From the NCBI RefSeq assembly GCF_030684315.1, contig NC_081378.1, positions 14,562,575 through 14,626,574 of the forward strand: DNA of 64,000 bases. Direction: 5' to 3'. Source of the DNA: Stegostoma tigrinum (taxonomy: Eukaryota). Position 1 is the first letter of the stretch; each line of letters starts with the position of its first letter. A model generated the notes under the pieces. That model did not search any database, was not told the origin of the DNA, and saw only the letters and a program-made list of their open reading frames with translations. The position numbers and the translations under genes were made by a program. Positions 12,754 through 25,030 of this stretch are shown here, one piece after another.

Positions 12754-13002
12754 GAAAACAGAGTTACTGTAAAAGCTCAGCAGGTCTGGCAGCATCTGTG
12801 GAGGCGAAAACTGAGTTTATGTTTCTGGTCCGGTGACCCTTCCCCAGAATGGAGTTCAGAACCCAGTTCTGAGTAAGGGTCACCGGACCCGAAACGTTAA
12901 CTCAGTTTTCGCCTCCACGGATGCTACCAGACCTGCTGAGCTTTTCCAGTAACTTTGTTTTCGTTCCTGATTTACAGCATCCACAGTTCTCCTTGGTTTT
13001 TA
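12754..13002. mobile_element. Penelope pLTR hairpin insertion (family 2) with 10-bp TSD
   Basis: Arms about 12751-12850 and 12866-12965 are reverse complements; tail 12966-13002; flanks tcgtcataac (12744-12753) and tcttcataac (13003-13012). Confidence 0.85.
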
Positions 13003-13512
13003 TCTTCATAACATTGCCCGAATAATTTTATGACTTCATGAACTGAGGCATTTCTAGTTAAAATTTTGGCATGGAGACCTGTGGTGAGATTTGTTCCAGG
13101 ATCACAATTCCATTCTGAGAAAATGAAATTTTAACAATGAACTGTGGATCCCGGACATCAGAAACAAAAACAGAAATAGCTGGGAAAGCTCAGGTCTGAT
13201 ACAGAGAAAGCAGAGTAAATGTTTCAGATCCAAGGTCTTGTTGAAATTAATACCTGTGCACTGTCAAGATCTGTGTTTGCTTTGTTGGGTATTCCTCAGG
13301 ACGACCAGCAACACATGCAGAATATAAACTTCTCTCTTTTGGCTGTCTTGGTTTAATGATCCTTAAGAGGATTACTCTCTCACTTTCTGCGTCTTCTGTC
13401 ACAAATGAACTATTCACTTAACTTCAAAATGCCTGAAATGAGTCAAAAAATTATCAGCACGCTGGTACAAAGACTGAACTCCACTCTTGTAATGTTTGTT
13501 CTTCTAAATATG

Positions 13513-13795
13513 ATAGTGGCATAATGGTATTATCGCAGAGGCCCAGATAATATTCTGGCGATCCCGATTCAAATCCCACCATGGCACAGGGTCGAGGTTT
13601 GAAATCAATTTTTTAAATAAAAAGAATTAAGGGTCTAACTGATGACCATGAGTCAGCAGATTGTTGGGAAAACCTTGCTGTTTCACTAATCTCCTTTTTG
13701 GAGAAGGAAATCGCTGTCCATACCTGGTCTTCAATGTGGTTGACTCCTAAGTACTCTCTCTCGGCAATTAAAGGTGAGCAATGAATGCAATGCAT
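13513..13795 (+). mobile_element. tRNA-derived SINE (family B)
   Basis: A box tggcataatgg (13517-13527), B box gattcaaatccc (13566-13577), body ...ctgatgaccatgag...gaaggaaatcgctgtcc..., tail ggcaattaaaggtgagcaatgaatgc. Confidence 0.8.
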
Positions 13796-14449
13796 TTCTT
13801 TGCATTTGTGAAATGCTGATATCTATCCTCTGAACTTTCTGGCCTTTCAACACTTAAAAGTTAGGGAAGCAATGCCCACTTTTTTTGTTTTTTTTTCCTT
13901 TTTTTAAGACCATTTCATTCTTGTCTTTTTCTGACAAAGTGTGGCAGTTTGACATTATCCAATAATGATCCCAATCTCATGCTTAGCGCATATTTACTAA
14001 ACCCCAGTACAGGACTGGCAAACAGTATGGACATTTCTTCTTTGAGGATCTGTTTCATTATGAAAAAGAAATGTGTCGCTATGGTTTATCTGTGATTTTT
14101 TTTTTGTGGCTGCATGCAAACTGACTGCAGATGTCTGTGTCCAAGTGTTTGTTGTCTTGCCATATTCTGAGGTTTATTTCAGAGTCTGGAATAGAAGCAG
14201 CTGCATTACTCTGAGACAAAAGCCAGCATGGATTTGTCTAATTTGAGGTCGTCCCCAGCTAAACCATTTTTTGATGACTTAGGACAATTTTATGATTTTG
14301 TTGTGAAATTGGAGACTCTAGTTAATGACCTTTTCTTTCCTGCCTGGTATCTATTATTTTACGACATGGATTTAATGAAAGATGTCCATTGGTCATACAG
14401 GTTTATTTTTCCTGGCACACAAATTGGCCATCTCTAACTTCATGCGAAG

Positions 14450-16030
14450 TCAGGTTAGTGAGGGAATCCATGCTACACATCGCTTCCTGATCTGCTGTGT
14501 GCTTGGTTCGAGCAGAATGCCAGTGGTCCGACGTCTGCCCCAGCAGCCCTGGATGCACCTGTTTCTTCTATCACTATTGCAGACATCAGATCAGCCTTCC
14601 TAAGACTCAAACTGAGGAAACAAATGGCCTAGAGGAGACCCTGCCTGTGCGCTTGGGTCCTGTGTGGACCAGTTGGCAGAGGTATTCACTGACGTCTTCA
14701 ACCTCTTCCATTCCCCATCTGCCTCAAGAAAACCAGCATCATCCCAGTACCAAAGGAACAACATGCAACATGCCTTAATTATTACTACACAGTGGCTGTG
14801 ATGTCCATAATCGTGAAGTACTTTGAGAGGCTGGTCATGGCCCACATCAAGTCTAACCTCCCACTCTGTCTGGATCCCTTGCAGTATGCTTACTGACAAA
14901 ACAGGTCCACAGCAGATGTCATTTCCCAAGCCCAAAACTCAACTCTTCCCTGGAACATTGACAACAAGGACACCACCTGTACCCAGCTCCTACTCAGTGC
15001 CTACAGCACCATAATCCCCTCCAGGTTGATTGGGGGAAACTCTGAGACTTGAGTCTCGGCTCCTCCACCTGCAACTACATCCTAAGCTTCCTGGCTCACA
15101 GAACGCAATCGGTGAAGATAGACAACAGTGCCTCCTCCATGGTAACCCTCAACATTGGTGCCACACAAGGATGTGATCTTAGTGTCCCAGCATACTCTCT
15201 GTACACCAAAGACTATGTAGCCAAATTCTGAACAACTATCATCTAAAAGTTTGCTGATGACACCACCCCTTTGAGAGGACAGAGATCAAACAACAATGAG
15301 TCAGAATGCAGGAAAGAGAGGGCTTGGTGTTGCTGTATAATGATAACAACCCCTCAATGCCAGCAAAACAAAAGAACTGATCATTTACTTCAGGAGCTAG
15401 GGAGAGGCACACACCCCAGTCTACATCAAGCTCCTCAGAGATGATAACTAACCAACGACCTGCCCAGGACTTCTCACAGGGGTGCAATGATCAAGAAGGC
15501 TCAAGCCATCTGCGGAAGAAGAGGTCGTTAGGAAATTCAGCACGTGCATAAGGACTCTTCCCAACTTTTACAGACACTGCATAGAAAACGTGCTATCTGG
15601 GCGCATAACAGCTGCTGAGAACTACAAAAGGTTGTGATCACAGCCCCGACCATCACTGAAGCTAACCTCCCATCCATGGACTCCATTTACACTCCTCATG
15701 GCTGCAGAAAGGCTGCCAAGATCATCAAAGACCCCTCCCAGCCCAGTAATCCTCTCCTACAATCTCTTCTGTCAGGCAGAAGGTATAGAAGCTTGAACGC
15801 TCTCTCTGACAGATTCACGGACAGCTTCGTCCCTGCCATTATTAGACTGCTGAATGGACACTAACTTTATTTAATAATGTCGATCTTGTTTTGTGCACCT
15901 CCTGCGCAGCTATAACCTTTTGAAACCTTACTCCTGTTGAAGTACCCTGTCATCAGTATGTCTTTGTTTGCTATGATCTGCCTGTACTGCTCTCAAAGCT
16001 AAGCTTTTCATTGTACTTCAGTGCACATTA
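14450..16030 (+). mobile_element. Rex1/Babar-like non-LTR retrotransposon, RT and 3' end, degenerate
   Basis: KKTSIIPVPK, FERLVMAHIKSNLPLCLDPLQYAY*QNRSTAD, TLNIGATQGCDLS...YSLYT, KAAKIIKDPSQP...LLSGRRYRSL...SFVPAIIRLLN. Confidence 0.85.
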
Positions 16031-17639
16031 AATGAATCACATAAAACTTGGTGTGGAACCTTTAGTTGCATAGAGATGAAAAGGAGACTATTGACATTCA
16101 TGATTTCAGTGTGTTCTGTTGAGCTTGTACAAGGTGTAGAAAGATAGATCTTTTAGAAATCCTTGATGGTGACAGTTTTTTGTTTTATTGAGTGCGTGCG
16201 TACAGTAGACATTGCTGGATCCCCAGAGGAATAGAAATCTAATCTCATTGCATAAACCGATTTGCTGCAAATATGTTATACTCAAAAAGTGAAATACCTT
16301 TTGATTTTATATTGCGATTTTTTTGCATCTCTAGGATTCCTCATGCTTCATGGTGAACAGAAGTTTCAGCACCCTTTTTGTAAAACTAATTCTCTTGCTT
16401 TCAGTCCAAGATCATGCGCCATTTATGTCTTTCACAACCTGAGGCATTTTTGTACAGCTTAATCTTTCTGTTGGTGATTTGTTGAAGATTAGCCATTGCA
16501 GCCTGTTTACTTTCATAGAACAGGTGCAGTAAGAAAAGTAACAACTGAAGATTGTATCAGAATCTTCTGAAACCAGTTTTAATTGTACAGGTGATTAAAA
16601 AGAGACGGTGTTTATTGAAACGTGATAACACACTTGTGTGGTTCGATAATGTTGCTTCATTTGTATATGACTATAGCATAACCTTCTAATTTCTTTGTAC
16701 TATCCAGTGTACAGCCACAGCATGCTAAAAATTTAGACATATGTAACAGTGGCTTTTGGTCATTTGGTGTTTTGACAAGAGCTAATTTCCACTTCAGACA
16801 CTTGATCTACTCATAGTCTTATTGCTGGCAGGGCAATATTGTTGAATCCTTGAATGGCTTACTGCTTGTTTCTGACTCACCTGCTGCCATCTGCGCTTGA
16901 CCTTTAAACCCCCTGTCAGCCTGAGAAATTGCATTCAGTATGTACAGATGTTTTGAAAGTGTTATCATTGCACATAATAACAAGGATTATTTTTGTTAGC
17001 TTACTGGAGATGAATATAAAGTCAAAAATCACCCTGCATCAGACTATAGGTCAACAGACTTATTTGAAAAAGCATGCTTTCGGAGCTGTACAAATAAATC
17101 AGTTAGGAGCAGCAGTTGGTTACTTTGCCTTTTGAACTTATTGATTTGGAGTAAAATCAAGACTGATCTGATTTTGGAACCTGTTTCCCACTGCAATCTA
17201 TACCTGAACAAAAATAAAACTTTCATACCTTTTGCTTATCAAGAATCAATCTGCCTCTGCCTTTAAATAGATTTTGAAGCCTGCTTCCATTGCCTTTTTG
17301 AGAAAGGGCGTTCCATGACTTGCTCAGAGAAAAGAAAATAATGTAATCTCTGACTTAAATAGGTTGTCTTTTGCTTTCAGTGATCCCTCATTCTCGATGC
17401 TCTCATCATAGAAAACTACCTCTCAATATTGCAAGTTGTTTAGTGACTCTTCCTATCCATTTTGTACCTTCAGATTCCTTCATTCTAGCCAAAACAACAC
17501 TCCAAGATTTTCTCATGAGGACAATTTAGCTGAGAAATCTATAGATTGATGTCTTTTAGGGCAGTTTTGGAAGAGACCTGATTGGGGCCAGGTCGGGGGG
17601 TGGGGCGGGGGGAGAAAAAGCTTTCCTCCTAAAAAGGAA

Positions 17640-18260
17640 TGTAGGACCATGTTATGGATGAGAATAAAACCGTCTCACAATATATCAACAAGATAGCGTG
17701 GACCTAACTTTTATCTTATTCAAAGGCAAGTGTAAGGTACTGTATTCTGGATGTGACTTTATTGGCCAAATTACTAGGCTTGAAGCAGAACGTCAGTTTA
17801 TTCTTATTACCGTTAAATTACAAACAAAAAAAAATTTGGTCAAACTTTAATTGTATTGCAATACTTTACAAACTAATTGTTTAACGACTAATCATTAACT
17901 GCTCCGATATAGCAGCATCCCACAAACACACCCTCGACAAAGGCAAATTCAGCAAAACAGATTGCCTTCAGTTTTGATGTTCTTGAACCAAGAAGAAAAG
18001 GAAAAATTGAAAGAATTAACCTAGCAGCAGAAGAGAACTCAAGCTTTTTGTGGCAGCAGAGACTGAGCTATATCTAGCAGCTTCAACTCCAACTCCAATA
18101 CCCCAATTTGAACAACTGAAAGCAAAACTTAAACTCTGGGTCTGTATGAACCTCATGCCTTTCCATCTATAGATTTGTCCTTCATTATCCACGTAATTTT
18201 TTAAATGTATTATTTGCAATTTTCTTAATATATCACTTATACATTAATCTAATGTGTACA
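17640..18260. mobile_element. Probable LTR or unclassified repeat remnant
   Basis: Starts tgttatgga, non-coding, with composition similar to tracts at about 11.2-11.9, 32.8-33.2 and 38.2-38.5 kb; family not identifiable by eye. Confidence 0.3.
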
Positions 18261-19689
18261 CCAACAGCAAGGAATGAGTATGGAGACCTGTTACACCCTA
18301 ATGGAGACAACCCTCCATCATGAGCACCCATTGATCATTATCCTTTGCAGTTTGCTCATCAGCCAGTTTTGCTTACACCCTGCCACTTTGTCTTGAATAC
18401 AATGACTTTTATTTCAGTGACTATTCTTTCTTTTTGTTTTGACTAAAATAGCCTCCTTTTCATGATCTCTCCTCCTACCAGATCATTCTTCCTCATCCCT
18501 ATAATTTTGTTTTGCATATTGCAAAACTTTCTGGATCAGATCTGTAAACAGAATGTTCAGCTTCTTCTATTCCTGTCTTACTTGCAACCCCATTTAGGCA
18601 AAGGCTGTAATATCCAACTCGTGCTTAAGATCCCGCAAACATACAGGCATGATTTAGCAATAGTTGTTTAAAATGCATACAGTTTCCAACAAAAGCAGCA
18701 TCCTGGTTGACTCTTCTTGTTAACTCTCAAGAAATGCAATCATGTTAGTCAGCTATGATGTTCCCCGAATAAATCTATGGTGACTGTTGGAGAGGGATCT
18801 TTAAAGAGGAGCCTTGAGTCTCATGTTCATTTGCAACCTGTCTTTGTTCAGAGTTCCTTGCCTTGCAGCATGGGAGAGGTCTGTTGGACGTTCGGCCTTT
18901 CCTAATAAAGTACCAGATATTTGTACATTCTCCATTATAGTGATTACTTGCAACTTTGATATCAGCACTTGCTATCTCTCCTTTTGACCATTGTGCTCCT
19001 CAGACCTTTGCCTGCTGCATCGTACTGAGTACATGTTTATTGCCTTTTGAAGCTGGGTTCACTGGTCTGATGTCAAAATGACGAAGTAATGTTTTTCAAT
19101 TGCCCTGTTAGAATGCTGTTTTCCAGTGTCCTTTCACAAGGCTATCTGTTGATACTCTTGGCTAGATGTCATGTGGCCCTTGGCATTCGTATTGTTGGAC
19201 ATGCATCGTTTGGTGTTTGCACTATTTTGTACTTTAATCCCTCCTGTTGATGGGATGGGAGCTTCTCTCTACTACTTAGAGCCACCTGTATAAAAGAAGT
19301 CAGCTAAATTCTTTTCTTTTTGTTGCACTTTTATAATTTCAGAATACTTGCCTGTGTAACAACAAGTAATGACAATTACTTAAGCCTTTGATTATGGAGG
19401 GATCAGACTTTACCTTCTACACTTTTTTTTCCTCCTAAGATTTTCATGAGGCACTTCATTATCTTGTCTGGTTATCCTTGACATGATGGCTATGATTTTT
19501 TGACTGTGTGGAAACTGCAGCCACAACTAGCAATTCTCTTCAGCAACTGCAATGCTGTCTTTGCCTTTGCTTACTCCGTGCCTTGCTAAATGGAGATTTA
19601 TCGTGTTCCTCTGAATTGTTATCAGTAATTTTTTTTCCCACTGTTAAGGTTGGCTGACCTGTACTTGTTTGTTCAATCCAAAAGAACAA

Positions 19690-21180
19690 AAGGGAAGTAT
19701 GGCACAGGAACAGGTCCTTCAGCCCTCCAAAGCCAGGGCTGATCATCATGCCCTGACTAAACTTTTTAAAAAAAACCTTCTGCCATTTTATTCGGTCTGT
19801 ATCCCTCTATTCCCTCCCTATTCATATAACCATCCAGACGCCTCTTAAGTGTTGTATAATGTGCCTGCTTTCACCACCCCCTCTGGCAGTGCATTCCAGG
19901 CTTCTGCCAATCTCTCTGCGTGGAAGAACTTTACTCGCACAGTTCCCTTAAACTTCTCCCCCCTTGCCTTGAAGCGGTGTCCCCTTGTAATTGAAACTTC
20001 AACCTTTGGGGGGAAAAGCGTCTGACTATTCACTCTACTTATGTCTCTCCATAACTTTGTAGACCTCTATCAGGTCTCCTCTCAGCTGTTTTCACTGGAA
20101 AGACAGCAATCTTAGTTGTTAATCCTTCCTCCGAGGCAGTGCCCTTGATTGGGCAACATCCTGGTGAACCTTCTCTGCCCTCTGTCCAAAGCTTCCACAT
20201 CCTTCTGATAATGTGGTGACCAAATCTGCGCACACTACTCCAAATGTGGTCTAACAAGGGTTTTATATAACGGCAACATGTTTTGCCAACTCTTGTACTC
20301 CATGCCCCGGCTGATATAAGGCATGCCATACGCCGCCTTGATCACTGGGCTACCTGTGTTGCCATTTGTGGGGGATTAGTGGACCAGCACCCCAGATCAG
20401 AATGTGTGTTAATATTCCTAAGGGTTCTGCAGTTTACAGTCAATTTCACAACTAAATTTGATCATCCAACATGCATCACCTCCCATTTTGTCTGGATTAA
20501 ACTCCATCTGCCATTTCTGTGCCCAAGTCACCAATCTACCTCTATCTTGTCATATCCTTTCACAAATGTTGGCACAATCGGCAACTCCACTAATCTTTGT
20601 GTTACCTGCAAACTTAGTAATCAGACCACCCACATTTTCACTCGGATCATTTGTACATGCTACAAACAACAGAGGACCTAAGACTGATCCCTGTGGAATA
20701 CCACTAGTTATCGGTCTCCATTCTGAAAAACACCCTTCCACCGCTATCGTCTCTCTTCTATGACCAAGCCAGTATTGTATCTATCTAACCAGCCCACCTG
20801 CAATCACATGTGACTTTAGTTTTTATACCAATCTGCTATGTGGGACTCTATCAAATGCTTTACTAAAGTCCATATAAACTATATCCACAGCACTAGCCTC
20901 ATCGATTTGAATTTTTTTTTAGTTTGAAGTGGTTACAAAAGATAAATCATCAGGTAGGTGAGACATTACCTTCCCCTCCCACATATGAAAGCATGCTGCC
21001 TGCGGTAACGAGCCCATTTTGCTCCAAATGTGCATATATCCTGTCTCTAAGAACTTTGCCACCACAGATGCCAAATGACTGACTGGCCTACAATTTCCTG
21101 GATTATCCCTACTTCCTTTCTTTAAACAAAGGAACAACATTCACTAATCTCCAGTGCTGTGGAACTTTGCCTGTGGTCAA
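19690..21180 (-). mobile_element. CR1 LINE, RT and 3' UTR, degenerate
   Basis: [48 protein letters not shown] on the minus strand; 3' UTR near 19690. Confidence 0.9.
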
Positions 21181-21875
21181 GGAACAGAAGAGAGTACAGT
21201 TGAGCATGTGGCTGCAGAACTGGTGCAGGAGAGAGGGCATTAGATATACTGATCATTGGGATGTCTTCTCAGGAAAGTGGGACCTGTACAAAGACAGGTT
21301 GCACCTGAGCTGGGGGGAAACCGATATCATGGCGGGAGGTTTGCTACAGCTCTTTGGGAGGGTTTAAAATGAGTGTGACGGGGGGCTGTGAACCAGAACA
21401 AAAGGCCTGTAAGTGCAGGGACTCAGGACAAAGGAGAGACTGAGGTGTGCATAGTGCAGAGTAAGAGTAAGCAGAGGGAAGTTGGGCGGGGCTGGGGGTG
21501 GTGGGTAGTGGGTGCTCAGAGGGACTGGAGTCTGGAGTGCATTTACTTCAATGCAAGTATGACCAGTAAGATCGATGAACTAAGAGCATGGATTTTCGCA
21601 TGGCATTATGATGTTATTTCTTTTACAGAGACACGGTTAAAGGAGGGGCAAGACTGACAGCTTAACATTCCAGGATATCGCTGCTTTAGACGGGGCAGAA
21701 TAGAAAACAAAGGGGTGAGGGGGGGGGGTGGTGATTTTGAGTTGCTGATCAGGATCACATCACACCTGGGTTGAGGGAGGGTACATGAGAGGAATCTTGC
21801 AATGAGGCAGTATGGGTAGAGCTCAGGAATAGGCAAGGTTAAATCAAAATGTTGGGCTTTTTCCACAGATTGTCC
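21181..21875 (+). mobile_element. CR1 segment (ORF1 C-terminus and APE start) in the opposite orientation to the adjacent CR1
   Basis: QLSMWLQNWCRREGIRYTDHWDVFSGKWDLYKDRLHL followed by LECIYFNAS...DELRAWI...FTETRLKEGQD. Confidence 0.85.
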
Positions 21876-21884
21876 CGAGTCTAT

Positions 21885-23336
21885 CTGGAAAAACTCTTCT
21901 GTGTATTTAATTAGGAATTTGCTCAGGCAGCCATTTCCTAATGGCAAAATTTGAGCCAAACAAGTTGAATCATCACCAATTTTGCCCCAGCAACCTTGGG
22001 CCTGAGCCTTTTATTACAGTCAATGGTAACTAAACCTGCTGGTTCTCCTAAGAGACTGGAACTGAAGTAGTACGTTTATTGAGTTGGGGTTCCCTGGTAG
22101 GGGTTCTCTGCCTGGCTGAGGCCTTGCGTAAACTTAACGGTTGGAGTCCAGAGCAAATTCTGGTCAAGATTAGTACTGCAGTCACCGATACAGCTGCACC
22201 GGTATCAACCTCATTCAGAGGCAGGTGACCATTTAACCAAATGTTCATTTTGATTTGGTTCTGATTTCGATGTTGCTAAGCAATTTCACTCCACCAAAAC
22301 AGAAGTAGGTGGACTTCTCAGTGTGCACTCACCTGGATAGTGGCCTATAAATTCTCTTGGTCAATTTCAGGCCTACTGGGACTCTTGCTGTCTTGAGTCT
22401 GCATTTCAGCAGCAACCTGCTTGCCTGGATCCCCTCCAATTTTAACCATTTGGTTGAAGCTCGGCTTTGTTTTGAGGTTTTTACTGTGGGCTAACCTAGG
22501 GTTCCTCTAGTCAGCGTTTGCCCTCGTGTGGCTGCCAATTCTGTTGGAAAATTAGTACAATTCACAAGCCCCACTTGCTACGTTTTCTGACAATTGATAT
22601 CACTTGTGCCTGTTTGCAGTCTTCTTGGGCTTCAGCGAGTAGGTGCTTTTGCCTGATTTCGTTAATCCCACATAGCAAACTGAGTCTCAGCATCTCATTT
22701 AGGGTTAAACCAAGATTACATGCCTCTGCCAGCCGTCTCAACCTGGTCCAAAATCCGAACACGGATTCCCCTGAATTAGAGGAGTTTTGGGGCTGTAAGA
22801 TCCCTTAACTGTATCTGTTGATTCTTGGAAGGTTTTAGTATCTGGTGCTTCAAGGAAAGTTAGGTTCCTAATAACCATAAAAGCTGTTGGTCCGCATACT
22901 GTCAGGAGAATCACTCATTTCTTTTTGTCTGCCACAATACCAGTTGCCTGGAAAACAACATTTTTTTTTCCGCAAAATGGGCCCAGTCTCTGACAGGATC
23001 AATCAAGCCAAGCTTTCCAAATACTGGCATGATGCCAGACGTGTTTACCTCCAATCAATGACTGTTGTGAATGAGACTCTTCAGGGCCATGTTTTTCTCT
23101 CGTTGCCACTAGAATAACTTTATGAATGCCAATAGCCCATCACCAAGGTACCCTTTATTCACACGTGCATGGTTGAGTGTACCGACTCAGCTACTTTGCT
23201 GGCTCCATGAGTGAACAGTGCCCGTGACACTCCTGTTTGTCAGCCAGGACTCCCTGATTTGCATCAAGTTAACATGCCCCAATTGCGCAGCTGATACTCT
23301 GATAGTCATCTGCCTGACGTTGTTCCAGTCATTACA
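21885..23336 (-). mobile_element. Gypsy-type LTR retrotransposon 5' fragment: LTR, PBS, gag, aspartic protease
   Basis: LTR about 23110-23336 begins TGTAAT on the minus strand and contains AATAAA; PBS TGGCAACGAG at 23099-23108; gag-like RLRRLAEACNLGLTLNEMLR...LCGINE; protease EVDTGAAVSV. Confidence 0.88.
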
Positions 23337-23529
23337 TTCATAGTGGATGTTAAGTGGTCCAGCCATGTTTCAGAAATGTTCTTTGTTTTGGCTTATTTCG
23401 TGCCAGTTTGCACCAAAAAAGAGTCTCATCATCTCCAGCTTGCCAATTCAATAGCGTTATCATCACTGAATCAGCCATTGTATACATCTGGCCAGACACC
23501 ATTGACCAGAGACTTGCTCTTGTAACCAG

Positions 23530-24105
23530 ACAAGGACTAAGTCCAAGACTGAGAATTGTGAAACCGATAACTTGCCCCAATGCCTGACTATCATTTACAA
23601 TGCACAAGTCAGGAGTGTGATGGAATACTCAGCACTTCATTGGATTAATACAGCTTCAACAACGTTCCAACCTAGGAGTCCAGAACATTGTTGACTTCTT
23701 AATCAGCAGCTCATCTATCCTTTCGACATTTTTCTCCCTTTTCTAATGGTGGACAGTGGCCACCGTTAGATCCAAGAAGAAAGCAAAACTTTGCAGTAAC
23801 TCACCAGGGCCCCTTCTACTGCACCTTCCTAATCCACAACCTCGACCACCTGGGAGGATGAAGGTAGCAGAGAACATCACAATTTCTGAGTTCCCCTCAA
23901 AGCCATATCTCATGATGTGATACTATATTGCTATTTGTTCAGTGCCACTAACATCCTGGAGCTCACTTCCAAATAGCATTGGATGTACTTGTAGTTGATG
24001 AGCTACATTTGTTCCAGAAGGCCATTGAACACAACGTTTGAAAGGGCAGTTTTGTATGTGCAATAAGTGATGTCCTTGGTAGCGATGCTCACATCCAAAA
24101 GCATT
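23530..24105 (+). mobile_element. Family-B LINE 3' fragment
   Basis: IYNAQVRSVMEYS RT C-terminal motif, then a 3' end aagggcagtt...gcaataagtg...agcgatgctcacatcc. Confidence 0.7.
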
Positions 24106-24424
24106 GTAAGAGCAAAATCAATTAAATAACCATGTTTTAGTAATGCATCAAACCAGTGAAAGAGCGGGTGTAGACTGAACTTCTTCAGTATTAACAGCAA
24201 TTGTATCTAATCTTGGACTGTAAATTCTGCTTAGTCCCCGACTCCCTATATACTTGGATTTCATGAGTCACCAGAATTCTAACCAGGCCTTGAATGTACT
24301 CGGTGTTGGAATATCAACAATCGTCACATGTTGACAATTGAAGATTTGTCTAATTATGTGAAGAAACTTGTCATCTTCTCCGTCCTGAATGTTTGTTTTG
24401 TTTCTTTGTATGGGAGGATAGCAA

Positions 24425-25030
24425 ATTGTGGTATTCCCTGAAGCAAGGACTGTTGCTTTTTGTTCTGTGATCTATAAATGACTTGAATCCTGGAATGCCA
24501 AATAAAATTACCCAATTTTTATAGCAAAATTGAAGGTGTTCCAAATGGAGTGATATCAGTTGCCTGTATCATGATGCAGATTGGGTAGCAGAATCCATAG
24601 ATTATCAGCAGACAGAGAAGCACAACGTGATCCATTTGGTCAAATGAAATGGTTCATGGCAATGTCAACTTAATAGCAAGTTCAAGAGTGTGTATTGTAA
24701 CAGTTGGTAGGCATGAAGTGGAGGTGTCGATGTTGGACTTGGGTGAACAAGTCTGAAGTCATAGAACACCAGATGAAAGTCCCACAGGTTTACTTGAAAT
24801 CAGTCTTTTGGAATGTAGCCTCTTTGTCAGGTCATGACCTTGCCTCATGAAGGGCTATGCTTTGAAAGTTTGTGTGTTCAAATTAATCTGTTGGACTATA
24901 ACCTGGTCGTGTGGTGTAAATTCTGACTTGGAACAGAGACCTGGGATTCCAGCTGTAGTCATCTTTTGAAGGTGACGAGATATATTAAGAGACTGATCAG
25001 CCAGGTAATTGGTTTCTTTTGGCTTCAATA
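24425..25030 (+). mobile_element. Old CR1 RT fragment interrupted by a Penelope hairpin
   Basis: gtggtattccctgaagc...atctataaatgacttg, resuming at gaacagagacctggg (24931). Confidence 0.55.
24721..24930. mobile_element. Penelope pLTR hairpin (family 3), decayed
   Basis: gaagtcatagaacaccagatgaaagtcccacaggtttacttgaaat is the imperfect reverse complement of ttcaaattaatctgttggactataacctggtcgtgtggtgtaaattc; centre has a degraded ctcatgaagggctatgctttgaaag motif. Confidence 0.65.
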
